From Alkalispirochaeta sp. (GTDB taxonomy: Bacteria > Spirochaetota > Spirochaetia > DSM-27196 > Alkalispirochaetaceae): 64,000 nt of DNA. This document shows positions 50,541 to 60,148 of the stretch, in pieces. Position numbers and translations under genes: made by a program. The notes beneath the pieces were generated by a model. It did not search any database. It saw only the letters and a list, made by a program, of their open reading frames with translations, and was not told the origin of the DNA. Every line of letters starts with the position of its first letter. The first letter of the stretch is position 1. The DNA is taken from assembly GCA_965242725.1 (NCBI GenBank), contig CBDESZ010000013.1, positions 1 to 64,000 of the forward strand, read 5' to 3'.

Positions 50541-51827
50541 CTACCACGTACCGTATACGACCCTGGGCAGCCAGAGGCTAATATCCGGGACATAAGTGAC
50601 CAGAATGAGGGTGACGATGGAAATGGCAATGAACGGCAGCGCTCCCTTGGTGACACGCATGATGGAAAGATCCGTTACCCCGCTCGCAACGAAGAGGTTG
50701 AGTCCGAATGGCGGTGTGAACATTCCGATCGCGCAGTTGACGGTGACGATGACACCGAGATGGATGGGATCGATTCCGTATTGAAGGGCGATGGGCATGA
50801 GCAATGGACCGAGGATCGTAATTATCGACGCGCCGTCGATAAACATTCCCGCCACGAGGACCGCGATATTTATCATCACCAGGACCGCGATCTTGCTGTT
50901 GCTTATCGATACGATTCCCTGGGTGATGCCGACGGTAATTCCCTGGCTTGTAAGTATCCACGAGAAGACCGCGGCGGAGGAGAGAATGATCATTACTCCC
51001 GCGGTAGTCACCGCGGAGTTTACGAGAACGCCGTACAGGTCCTTCCAGGACATCTCCCGATAGACGAACATCGCAACGATGAGCGCGTAAATGACCGCAA
51101 CGCCCGCCGCTTCCGTGGGAGTGAAAATACCACCGTAGATACCGCCGATGATGATAACGGGAACACCGACACCCAGCGTTGAACCCTTGAACGCGTCAAT
51201 GACCTCTTTGGCGCTTGGCCGCTTTGTTACCACGATTTCCTTGTGGCGAATTGCGTAAATGTAGCTGTAGATCATGAAGAGCAGCCCGAAGAGAGCTCCG
51301 GCGCCGAATCCCGCCATGAAGAGCGTACCCACCGACGTTCCGGTGACCGCGCCAAAAACGATCATCGTGACACTCGGAGGAATGATGATTCCAAGGGCGC
51401 CCGCGGAGGTGATCAGGCCGGCGGAAAAGTTCTCTCCGTACTTGTTCTCCAGGAGCGGGTGATACAGGATGGCGCCGATGGCGATTACCGTAGCCGGTGC
51501 CGATCCCGAGATCGCGCCGAAGAAGAGGGAGGCGAGAATCGCCGTCATCCCCAGTCCGCCGGGAAGAAAGCCGACAAGACCCCGTGCGAGATCGACAAGA
51601 CGGCGGGAAATACCTCCCTTGCCCATGATATTTGCCGCAAGGATGAAAAATGGAATTGACATCAGGGCAAACTTGTTGAGACCCGCAAACTGACGCAGGA
51701 TAACCGTGGTCAGGGGGAAATCGGTCATCGTGGCAAAAATGATCAGGACCGTTCCTGAAAGAGCCACGAAAATAGGCGCGTTCAATACCAGAAGCAGCGC
51801 AAGAATACCGAAAATTGCGACTGTCAT
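50541..51827 (-). CDS. dctM: TRAP transporter large permease
   Basis: SIPFFILAA, AISGSAPAT, IFTPTEAA, IDPIHLG. Confidence 0.93.
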   Translation of the reverse strand: MTVAIFGILALLLVLNAPIFVALSGTVLIIFATMTDFPLTTVILRQFAGLNKFALMSIPFFILAANIMGKGGISRRLVDLARGLVGFLPGGLGMTAILASLFFGAISGSAPATVIAIGAILYHPLLENKYGENFSAGLITSAGALGIIIPPSVTMIVFGAVTGTSVGTLFMAGFGAGALFGLLFMIYSYIYAIRHKEIVVTKRPSAKEVIDAFKGSTLGVGVPVIIIGGIYGGIFTPTEAAGVAVIYALIVAMFVYREMSWKDLYGVLVNSAVTTAGVMIILSSAAVFSWILTSQGITVGITQGIVSISNSKIAVLVMINIAVLVAGMFIDGASIITILGPLLMPIALQYGIDPIHLGVIVTVNCAIGMFTPPFGLNLFVASGVTDLSIMRVTKGALPFIAISIVTLILVTYVPDISLWLPRVVYGTW

Positions 51828-52330
51828 GCCACTGCCTCCGGAATATGGGATGTATCGGCGGGATTCTTCAAATGGGCGACAAACATCTGTATAAACCGGA
51901 GCGTCATCATGACCCCGCCAAGGCCGATCGGCAGATACATAAGCCACATGGGCAATGACATCGCCGGCGAATATTGTTTCAGTTGATATGTTTCAAAGGT
52001 AAGACGAAATCCAAAGACCGCAAGAAAGATCACAAAACCTATCGTGATGACGTAGGTCACCGTCGTGAGCCTCCATGCGTTTTTTTTACTTACCGAATCT
52101 ATAAGGGCGGAAACCGATAAATGGGCGTATCGCCGTGCGACGCCACCGCTTCCAAAGAACACGATCCATACGATCGAGAAACGAACGTACTCTTCCGCCC
52201 AATGGAGTCCATGGGAAAATACGTATCGAAGAACTATATTGACGAAAAGAACAATCGCGCCGCTGAGAAGACCGATTCCCATGATCCCGTCTTCAAGCGC
52301 GGTCAGCGCCTTGTCGATTTTTTTCCACAT
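51824..52330 (-). CDS. dctQ: TRAP transporter small permease
   Basis: LRYVF..WAEE, SPAMSLPMW; 4 TM. Confidence 0.9.
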   Translation of the reverse strand: MWKKIDKALTALEDGIMGIGLLSGAIVLFVNIVLRYVFSHGLHWAEEYVRFSIVWIVFFGSGGVARRYAHLSVSALIDSVSKKNAWRLTTVTYVITIGFVIFLAVFGFRLTFETYQLKQYSPAMSLPMWLMYLPIGLGGVMMTLRFIQMFVAHLKNPADTSHIPEAVA

Positions 52331-52359
52331 CCTGTGCCTCTTCTTCCAAGAAATGAGAA

Positions 52360-52390
52360 ATGCGGCGACGATTCGTTCTCGTCGCCGCAT
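52360..52390 (-). other. Intergenic stem-loop between dctP and dctQ
   Basis: ATGCGGCGACGA-N7-TCGTCGCCGCAT, perfect 12-bp stem. Confidence 0.7.
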
Positions 52391-52422
52391 CTCCACGTTA
52401 TTCAGAACGAATCTGGCCGGAA

Positions 52423-53427
52423 TTACCGGGCAGCTTCGATCGCCTCGTAGATCCGGTCCAGAGTATCCCGACCGATTGTACTGGCGAAATTCTCGTGAAC
52501 GGGTCGCGTCGCTTCCTCAAAGGCTCTCCGCTGTTCATCGGTGAGGCGAATGACGGTGGTACCGGACTCCTCGATCGTCTCGATGAACCCTTCTTCCCGC
52601 TCTATGGTGACCTGTCGTTCATACTGAGCAGCTTCAATGGCCGCATCGGAGATGATCTGCTGCTGTTCAGGGGTCAACCGATCGTAGAACGCCTCAGAAA
52701 CGAGAAACGCGTATGCAAGATAGCCGTGATTGCTGAGGGCCATGTAGTCCTGCACCTCGTAGAAACGCATGTTCACGATCGATACGAGGGGGTTTTCCTG
52801 GCCGTCGACGACTCCCTGCTGCAGGGCGTTATATACCTCGGCAAAGTCGATGGGGATCGCATTTGCACCCATGGCCTGAAACTGCTGAATCAGGATGGGG
52901 CTTTCCATGACGCGAATCTTCGTCCCGTCGTATGACTGGGGTCCTTCGATGGGGAAGCTTGTGGTGAGCTGCTTGAACCCACTCTCCCAGAACGCAAGGC
53001 CGACAAGATTCTTCTCCCGCAGGTCGTCCATCAGACTCAAACCTACCTCGCTGTCGAGCACCTCATAGGCGACTTCACGACTGGGGAAGAGAAACGGAAG
53101 GTCGACGACCTGCAGAGCAGGGTCAAACCCGCTCAGTTTGGCGGTGGGGACGAGTCCCGCTTCGACGGCGCCGTTCTGCATGAGCTCGGTGACCTCGATG
53201 TCACTGCCCAACTGCCCGGCGGGATATATCTGAACGGTGATCGAGCCGTTGCTTCGCTCTTCCACCAGTTCCTTGAACCGGACGCTTCCGAGATGCTGCG
53301 GCGTCGTTTCCGGCAGGTCATGGCCAAGTTTCATGACCACTGCTCCGCCTTCTCCCTGACCGCCGGCAATGAGAAACGCCGGAACCAGAAGCACTATCAG
53401 CGCGATGAGACTGATAACCTTTTTCAT
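52423..53427 (-). CDS. dctP: TRAP substrate-binding protein
   Basis: YPAGQLG, KIRVM, YNALQQGVVDGQENP. Confidence 0.94.
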   Translation of the reverse strand: MKKVISLIALIVLLVPAFLIAGGQGEGGAVVMKLGHDLPETTPQHLGSVRFKELVEERSNGSITVQIYPAGQLGSDIEVTELMQNGAVEAGLVPTAKLSGFDPALQVVDLPFLFPSREVAYEVLDSEVGLSLMDDLREKNLVGLAFWESGFKQLTTSFPIEGPQSYDGTKIRVMESPILIQQFQAMGANAIPIDFAEVYNALQQGVVDGQENPLVSIVNMRFYEVQDYMALSNHGYLAYAFLVSEAFYDRLTPEQQQIISDAAIEAAQYERQVTIEREEGFIETIEESGTTVIRLTDEQRRAFEEATRPVHENFASTIGRDTLDRIYEAIEAAR

Positions 53428-53456
53428 ACAAACCTCCTGTTAGTATGCGGTTTCAC

Positions 53457-54704
53457 TTAGAAACCATATTTTTCTGCAAACGCCACAAGGGCGTCCTGAA
53501 AACATTTCAACGGCGGAGTCACGATTCCCGCCCCGACCTGACCGACTCCCGGCTTCTTGTGGGCGATACCGGTATTGATGACGGGCAGAATGCTTGTCTC
53601 CACGACGGCACGAATATCGATACCGGTGGGAGCTCCCTCAAAGTTCATCGTCGGCATGACGTAGTGGGGACTCTTGCCGATCGTAATTTCTCCCATCTCC
53701 CGGGTAAACCGTATCGCCTCGTCCACGCTTGAGGCGCCGACAAACTGGGTTACCGCCGGCGCGGAGGCCATCACCATGCCGCCGAATCCAAAGGTTTCGA
53801 CGATCGTGCTGTCTCCGATGTCGGGGTTTGCGTCTTCCGCGGAATAGCCGGGAAAATACAAACCCCTCGGCTGTTCAACGGGTGCTTCAAACCAGGTATC
53901 ACCAAGTCCGCTCACGCGGATTCCGAAATTGGTACCGTTCCGGGCCATGGCCGTGACCACCGTCGATCCCTCGATATCCCGTACGGGGTCCATCGTCGCC
54001 TTTCCTGCAGCCATGGCGAGGTTGAGAAACCACTGCTCGTTCCCCGAAACGAACTCGATGATTCGCTGAAGAACGTCGATGTCGGTTATGGTCTTGCTCA
54101 GGGGCGGGAAGAACTCCCGACAGAACATCGCAGAGGCTGCAATGTTTCGTTGATGCATTTCGTCGCCCATGGCCAGGGCCTTTGCGAGGAGAACTTTCAG
54201 GTTGACGCCCCCCATGGCGTGAATCGTCTGTTTTACCGCAGGTGCAAGTTCGTCTCTGATCCAGCGCAACCGGTCAAGAACGGAGTCGTCGTTTGCACCG
54301 AATCGCATCACCTTTCCGAGACCTTCATTGATTGTGCAATACGCCTTGTTTCCGAACGCCGTGTTTTCCACCTCAAATACGGGCATCGAATAGGTGGTCA
54401 GCCCGGTCATCGGACCGACGGCGTCGTAGTCGTGATTCGGCCGGAAGGTGATCTCTCCGGAGGCGGCCAGTTTTTCCGCTTCCTCCTCCGTCTCTGCAAG
54501 ACCTTCAAATCGGATTGCACCGATGATCGCTCCCTTGAGGGGACCGCACATATCTCCCCAGGCGAGAGGGGGCCCGGCGTGAAGGATCGTTTTCCGATCC
54601 AGATCGGGCAGAATCTCGTGACGATACTTTACGTCGACGAGGACTGGCTCACCTTTGTTTATTCGTGAAATCGCCTCTTCATTTGCTTTTTCAATATCGA
54701 TCAT
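53457..54704 (-). CDS. DUF1116 protein, YlbE/AllG-like (oxamate carbamoyltransferase subunit family)
   Basis: ILHAGPP, NEGLGKVMRFGA, MGDEMHQRN, DIGDS, INTGIAHK..GVGQVGAG. Confidence 0.88.
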   Translation of the reverse strand: MIDIEKANEEAISRINKGEPVLVDVKYRHEILPDLDRKTILHAGPPLAWGDMCGPLKGAIIGAIRFEGLAETEEEAEKLAASGEITFRPNHDYDAVGPMTGLTTYSMPVFEVENTAFGNKAYCTINEGLGKVMRFGANDDSVLDRLRWIRDELAPAVKQTIHAMGGVNLKVLLAKALAMGDEMHQRNIAASAMFCREFFPPLSKTITDIDVLQRIIEFVSGNEQWFLNLAMAAGKATMDPVRDIEGSTVVTAMARNGTNFGIRVSGLGDTWFEAPVEQPRGLYFPGYSAEDANPDIGDSTIVETFGFGGMVMASAPAVTQFVGASSVDEAIRFTREMGEITIGKSPHYVMPTMNFEGAPTGIDIRAVVETSILPVINTGIAHKKPGVGQVGAGIVTPPLKCFQDALVAFAEKYGF

Positions 54705-54740
54705 GCTGGTATCTATCCTCCTTCTTGTGTACCTGAATCT

Positions 54741-55694
54741 TCACGGGACGATATGAGTCCCGACGCTCCCGTTCAAACCGTCCAGAACGTTTTCCAGGGA
54801 CGTAATCGTCGCCGTTCTGCCGGTAGACCGGGCAAACTGCGTTGCCGCTTCTACCTTCGGGCCCATGGACCCCGCGAGGAAGTGGCCTTCAGCGGTCAGC
54901 CGGTCGATTTCGTCAAGATGTACCGTCTCCAATGCCGACTCATCGGGTTTTCCATAATTGATGAGAACGTTGGGTACGTCGGTAAGGATCATGAACCGAT
55001 CGGCAGAAACAAACTCCGCGAGCAGTACTGCCGCTCTGTCCTTGTCGATCACCGCGTCGACACCCACGTAGTTGTGTTCGTCTTCCCTGGCAACGGGAAT
55101 ACCACCGCCGCCAACGGCAATGACGACCAGACCCGCGGCCACGAGGGAACGGATCGCCGTCTTTTCAAGGATGTCCTTCGGCTGCGGTGACGGGACGAGA
55201 CGGCGCCACCCTTTCTCCGATTTGGGATCGACGCGGCGTACGATGTATCCTTTTTCATCGGCAAGCCGCCTGGCGTCGTCTTCACGGTAGAACGGTCCCA
55301 CCGGCTTGGTCGGGTTCTGAAAATCGGGGTCGTCGGTGTGTACGACCACCTGGGTCACCACCGTCGCAACGGGTGCGTGTATCCCGAGGCTGTGTACGTG
55401 ATAGCGCAGCCTGTTCTGAAGCATCCACCCGATATGTCCCTGCGTCATTGCACCACATGCATGCAACGGCTGGTCCGGCACAAGGTCGCGTCCCTGCTCC
55501 TGTTGAATAAGCAGCGAACCAACCTGAGGTCCGTTGCCGTGGGTAAGGACGACCCGATACCCCGCCTGAAGGACCAGTGCGATCTGACGTGCCGTCGCGT
55601 CTACGTTTTTTAATTGCTCTTCAGCCGAACCGCTGTCGCCGGCTTTTTTTATCGCATTACCGCCCAGGGCGATAACTATCGTTTCGCTCATCAT
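54741..55694 (-). CDS. arcC: Carbamate kinase
   Basis: IALGGNA, THGNGPQVG, NPTKPVGPFY, GGGGIPV, AVIDKD, GSMGPKV. Confidence 0.96.
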   Translation of the reverse strand: MMSETIVIALGGNAIKKAGDSGSAEEQLKNVDATARQIALVLQAGYRVVLTHGNGPQVGSLLIQQEQGRDLVPDQPLHACGAMTQGHIGWMLQNRLRYHVHSLGIHAPVATVVTQVVVHTDDPDFQNPTKPVGPFYREDDARRLADEKGYIVRRVDPKSEKGWRRLVPSPQPKDILEKTAIRSLVAAGLVVIAVGGGGIPVAREDEHNYVGVDAVIDKDRAAVLLAEFVSADRFMILTDVPNVLINYGKPDESALETVHLDEIDRLTAEGHFLAGSMGPKVEAATQFARSTGRTATITSLENVLDGLNGSVGTHIVP

Positions 55695-55739
55695 CGGCCT
55701 CGTAAATTCTGAAAATAGTTTGTGATGTGTTACAGCTTC

Positions 55740-55768
55740 ACCGTAGACCCGTAATAACGAATTGTCAA
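55740..55768 (-). promoter_or_regulatory. Sigma70-type promoter of the arcC operon, preceded by an AT-rich tract
   Basis: TTGACA, 17 nt spacer, TACGGT; very AT-rich at 55775-55850. Confidence 0.6.
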
Positions 55769-55957
55769 GTGTTTTGCGATATTACTTTTCATATTGATAT
55801 ATATTTTCGAATATAAAGTACTTATTGCAATTCATTTTCGCTTCCAGCTTAACGAATGAAATTCACGGCGGTGTCGGGCGCCGAAAGGAGGCACTCGCCA
55901 TGGACGTGGATACGGCGTCGGGAGGGAGGAGATAGAATTGTACAGGAGTTTCGTTTT

Positions 55958-56440
55958 TTACACGCGGTCGGATTTGAATCGCCGCAGGAGAAAGTCGGTT
56001 TTCACTTCCTGCATGCCTTCGATATCGACAAGATACCCTTCCACAAATTCACCGACATCGTTAATGCTCGCAAAAAAACCGTGAACGTGCAGAGAATTGC
56101 GGGCACTCATTTGATACACTGTCACAATATCGGGATGTCGGGCAATCTCTTCAGCGGCACTTTTCACCTTGGACGGCTCAAACATGATGTCAAAAAACGC
56201 GGGCAGCGGCTTTCGTATGTAATCCGAGGGTATGACGACGGTAAACCGCTCTATGACCCCGCGCCGCTGCAGGGAAGAGACACGCTCCGTCACCCCCGGA
56301 CGGGAGAGACCTACCAGAGGCGCAAGTTCGGAATAGGATATCCGGGAGTTGAGGTTCAGGTACTCCAATATCTTCCTGTCCGTTGCGTCGAGACTGTCGT
56401 CCCAGTCCCACTGACTCGTACTTGCTTCCATTTCAGACAC
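55958..56440 (-). CDS. Lrp/AsnC family transcriptional regulator
   Basis: LDATDRKIL..RISYSELA..GLSRPGVTER..GVIERF. Confidence 0.92.
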   Translation of the reverse strand: MSEMEASTSQWDWDDSLDATDRKILEYLNLNSRISYSELAPLVGLSRPGVTERVSSLQRRGVIERFTVVIPSDYIRKPLPAFFDIMFEPSKVKSAAEEIARHPDIVTVYQMSARNSLHVHGFFASINDVGEFVEGYLVDIEGMQEVKTDFLLRRFKSDRV

Positions 56441-56888
56441 GACCCATTTTATACCGTCTCAGGAGAAAATCAGTTTTGATCTCCAGAATTCCTTCAAAAC
56501 TGACAAGAAACTCGTCCACAAACTCCCCTACCTCGCCGATATCGTGGAAAAAGCCGTGAATATGAAGTGAGTTTTTTGCACTCATCAAATTGACGGTCAC
56601 GATGTCGGGATGCGACGAGATCGCCTCCGCCGCCTCATGCACATATTTCGGTTGAAAACGGAGCTCAAAATAGACGGGCAGCGGTTTGCGCACAAACTGG
56701 GGAGGAACACTGATGGTAAACCGCTCAATCACCCCCCGGGTGCGCAATGATGAGATACGTTCCGTGACACCCGGTCGGGACAATCCCACTTTCTTCGCGA
56801 TTTCTGAATAGGACATCCGTCCGTCTTCACTGAGCAGAGCAATAATCGCAGTGTCAATTTCGTCCAGAACAGGCGTTTCGACTGCCAT
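56433..56888 (-). CDS. Lrp/AsnC family transcriptional regulator
   Basis: LDEIDTAII..DGRMSYSEIAKKVGLSRPGVTER..GVIERF. Confidence 0.92.
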   Translation of the reverse strand: MAVETPVLDEIDTAIIALLSEDGRMSYSEIAKKVGLSRPGVTERISSLRTRGVIERFTISVPPQFVRKPLPVYFELRFQPKYVHEAAEAISSHPDIVTVNLMSAKNSLHIHGFFHDIGEVGEFVDEFLVSFEGILEIKTDFLLRRYKMGRV

Positions 56889-56933
56889 GGGATTCCGTCT
56901 CCCTTTTCGTACTGAAAGTATTTTTTATTTGTG

Positions 56934-56973
56934 AAAAAGTGCCACTGGTGAATTTATTATTCTCCAGTGACAC
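56934..56973 (-). terminator. Probable rho-independent terminator after the fused TRAP permease
   Basis: Imperfect stem GTGTCACTGGAGAAT..ATTCACCAGTGGCAC followed by TTTTT on the minus strand. Confidence 0.55.
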
Positions 56974-57005
56974 CAAAGCACCGCAATTTTACCGCAAATT
57001 ACAGA

Positions 57006-58856
57006 TCATGCAACCACATGGCGACGCCTCCGCAGCAATTGCAACACCACAACGATGATAATCGCCGAGAAGCCGATGATGTCCGTTTCCACTCCCTTGA
57101 AGACGAGCGCCAGCGCCGCCACCGCCATGAAGAGCTGATCCACGACGCTGGAACGGACAATCAAATATCGCTGCATAAACGCGCCGAAACTCAACACGCC
57201 AAGAAGGGCGGTCATACTGTTCCATATGACGTTCTGAACTTCACCCATTCCCAGCAGGGACGGAATGAAGACAAACATGAATGGAATGTAGTAGATGGAA
57301 AGCCCCATGCGCAGCGAATGAACTCCCGTTTTCCACGGATCGGCGTCGGCGATTCCCGCGGCAACATACGCCGAAAGACAGACCGGTGGCGTAATCACCG
57401 CCAGCTGACTCGTCCAGAAGACGAAGAAATGCGCCGCCAGCAGGGGTACACCCATTCGTGACAGCGCCGGAGCGGTCAACGTTACCAGCAGGAGGTAGGC
57501 GGAACTCACATTCATTCCCATTCCGAGGAAAAAACTCGCCACGAGGGTCAGCAGCAACGCGACGATGAGAACGCCCCCGGAAAGATCTATAACGATCGAG
57601 GAGAATTTCATGCCGAGTCCGGGCAACGCGATACCGGCGACGACAATTCCTACAACACCTGCCGTAACGGCCATGATCAGACCGGAACGGGCGCCTTCCG
57701 ACAGTGTGGCAACGACATCCTTCACGCTCATGCGGTCGTGCTTTCTGATCATGGAGAGAAGAAAGGTCAGGGCAATCGCGGCGATTCCCGCACGTGCCGG
57801 GGAATATCCGGCGGCAATTATGTAAATGATCAATGCGATGGGCAGTAAAAAGTACCCGCCCCGTTTCATGACACTTGAAACGCTCGGCAGCTCCGATTTC
57901 GGAATGCCGGGTACTCCGTCCCGCTTGGCTTCGAGGTATACCTGAAAGAGCATACTCGCCAGGAAGAGGAATGCAGGGATAAGACCGGCAACAACGATTT
58001 CCGTGTAGGGAACGCCCATCAACGCGGCCATGAGGAACGCGGCGGCACCCATGATGGGGGGCAGAAACTGGCCGCCTATGGAAACCACCGCCTCCACCGC
58101 CGCGGCAACGTGTCGCTTGTACCCCCGAGAAATCATCATCGGTATCGTAATGGATCCGGTTACCGCCGTATTTGCAGTTGAAGATCCCATGATGGAACCG
58201 AGGAGCGCGCTTGAAAGGACCGCCGCCTGTCCGGCTCCGCCGGTGAACCGGCCGACCGTCGCTTTTGCGATGTCTATGAAGAACTTCCCTCCTCCTGAGT
58301 TCTTAATAAAGACACCAAAGATGATGAAGAGGAAAATAAACGTCGAGAAAACATACGCGACCGAACCGAAGATGCCGTCGGTACTTGCGTACATGAAACT
58401 GACAATCCTGTTCAGGCTGTATCCTCGATGGCCGAATGCACCTGGTATGAGGTTTCCGAAGTAGTTGTATGCCAGTGCAACCACGGCAATCGACGTGAGG
58501 GTGACGCCTACGGAACGACGCGCCGCTTCCATGACCAGGATAATCGTCAAAATGCCCATGGTCATGTCCATAGCGGAGAGGGGGATCCCGGCGCTTTCGG
58601 CCATTCTTGGAAATTCGACGATGTAGTATCCCACCCCCACAACGGAGAGTGCCGCAAGGAGTGTGTCAATTGACAGGGCAACCGTTCCGACGGCCCCCTT
58701 TCGCTTTGGATTGATGAGAAATGTCAGCACCAGGGCAAAAAGAATGTAAAGCCCGCGACTGACGTGAGCCGGCCAGACGCCGAACGCAGCCTGAACGATA
58801 AAGACGAGAGAGTAACCGACGGCAAGCCAGTCGATAACCGTTTCTCTTATTTTCAT
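57006..58856 (-). CDS. TRAP transporter fused permease (4TM/12TM, TAXI type)
   Basis: DGIFG, GSITIPMM, GGQFLPPIMGAAAF, ITPPVCL. Confidence 0.93.
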   Translation of the reverse strand: MKIRETVIDWLAVGYSLVFIVQAAFGVWPAHVSRGLYILFALVLTFLINPKRKGAVGTVALSIDTLLAALSVVGVGYYIVEFPRMAESAGIPLSAMDMTMGILTIILVMEAARRSVGVTLTSIAVVALAYNYFGNLIPGAFGHRGYSLNRIVSFMYASTDGIFGSVAYVFSTFIFLFIIFGVFIKNSGGGKFFIDIAKATVGRFTGGAGQAAVLSSALLGSIMGSSTANTAVTGSITIPMMISRGYKRHVAAAVEAVVSIGGQFLPPIMGAAAFLMAALMGVPYTEIVVAGLIPAFLFLASMLFQVYLEAKRDGVPGIPKSELPSVSSVMKRGGYFLLPIALIIYIIAAGYSPARAGIAAIALTFLLSMIRKHDRMSVKDVVATLSEGARSGLIMAVTAGVVGIVVAGIALPGLGMKFSSIVIDLSGGVLIVALLLTLVASFFLGMGMNVSSAYLLLVTLTAPALSRMGVPLLAAHFFVFWTSQLAVITPPVCLSAYVAAGIADADPWKTGVHSLRMGLSIYYIPFMFVFIPSLLGMGEVQNVIWNSMTALLGVLSFGAFMQRYLIVRSSVVDQLFMAVAALALVFKGVETDIIGFSAIIIVVVLQLLRRRRHVVA

Positions 58857-58899
58857 GTTGTTACGCCTACCTTGGAAACGGATTCGTATATCTGTCTGT

Positions 58900-58938
58900 T
58901 CGACGACCGGGAGGATGATTCATCCCCCCGGCTGTCGA
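58900..58938 (-). other. Intergenic stem-loop between the TAXI SBP and its permease
   Basis: TCGACGACCGGGAGGATG..CATCCCCCCGGCTGTCGA, imperfect inverted repeat. Confidence 0.55.
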
Positions 58939-58976
58939 TAGTATGTATTGAAACCGGTGAAAAAGGTACGACCGAA

Positions 58977-59972
58977 TCAGTCGATCAGACCTGCTTCCCG
59001 ATAGAACCGTTCCGCACCGGGATGGTACGGCAATTCTATGGATTCAAAGTGCGCCTGTCCCGGTTCCATTTCCCTGAAGGCAAGCTGCACTTCCTGAAGG
59101 TATTCACGACCGGCATCACTGTACATCGCCTTGAGCATTTCATATATGACCCATTCCGGAGCGTCTTCCCGGGCTACCCATAGAACGGTATACCCAACGG
59201 TTTGCACCGGTTCGGTCACGCTCTGATACCCCGCACCCGGTTGAATCGTGTATGCCACATGGTAGGGATAGGCGTCGAGAAACCGGTCGATATTCGCCTG
59301 GTCGACGGAAATCAGCTTCATGTCGATGGATGCTTCCAGCTCGACAAGAACGGGAACGGGAGTGGCACCGCCGATGAAAAAGGCGTCTATATTGCCGTCA
59401 CGCAGGGCGGAGGCGGAGTCGTTGAAACTCAGGTTGCTGCGATCGACCCGGTCCCACATACCGACGCCACGAAGGAACTCTTCCGCTACGGCGGCGCTGC
59501 CCGATCCGGGAGGACCGATGGAAACGCGTTTCCCCGCCAGGTCAGCAACGGAGTTGATGCCCGTACGATCGCGGGTGACGATATTCAGCGCACCGTTGTG
59601 GACAAGCGCAACCGCACGCAGGCCGTCGTACTCCTGTCCTTCAAACTGTCCCTGTCCGCGGGCAATGTTGTACGCAACGGAGCCATAGGAAAAACCCATA
59701 ATGCTTTCGCCTGCGGCCATGAGGCGTGCGTTTTCCACAACCCCCCGGGTCACCTCGGCGTTCACCGACAGGCCGTCAACTTCGCGGCTCGTGAGCGAGG
59801 CGATACCGGTACCGGCAACGTAAAATGTTCCGCCCTGACCGCTCGTCAGAAAGGATACGTTGGCTTCCCGCGCACCGCCTTCCGCCGCTGCGCCGCCTTC
59901 ACTTTGACCGGCGGCAAAAACCATTGCTGCCGTCATTACCAACACGATACATATCGTTGTAACTCGTTTCAT
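58977..59972 (-). CDS. TAXI family TRAP solute-binding protein
   Basis: GQGGTFY, DLAGKRVSIGPPGSG, ALRDGNIDAF, PYHPGAERFYRE. Confidence 0.93.
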   Translation of the reverse strand: MKRVTTICIVLVMTAAMVFAAGQSEGGAAAEGGAREANVSFLTSGQGGTFYVAGTGIASLTSREVDGLSVNAEVTRGVVENARLMAAGESIMGFSYGSVAYNIARGQGQFEGQEYDGLRAVALVHNGALNIVTRDRTGINSVADLAGKRVSIGPPGSGSAAVAEEFLRGVGMWDRVDRSNLSFNDSASALRDGNIDAFFIGGATPVPVLVELEASIDMKLISVDQANIDRFLDAYPYHVAYTIQPGAGYQSVTEPVQTVGYTVLWVAREDAPEWVIYEMLKAMYSDAGREYLQEVQLAFREMEPGQAHFESIELPYHPGAERFYREAGLID

Positions 59973-60148
59973 CTGGAACTCCTTTGATACCATTGAAATA
60001 CGTTCTGCATATTCCTGAACCGATCCCGTTTTACATATTTTCCGGTCGACACCACCTCCTTACAGATTCCACGTATCCTTCAATTACAAACTGACGGCGT
60101 CGGCCGAACAGGCTTGTACATTTCCGCTGCCGCATGGGGCAGATGAAA

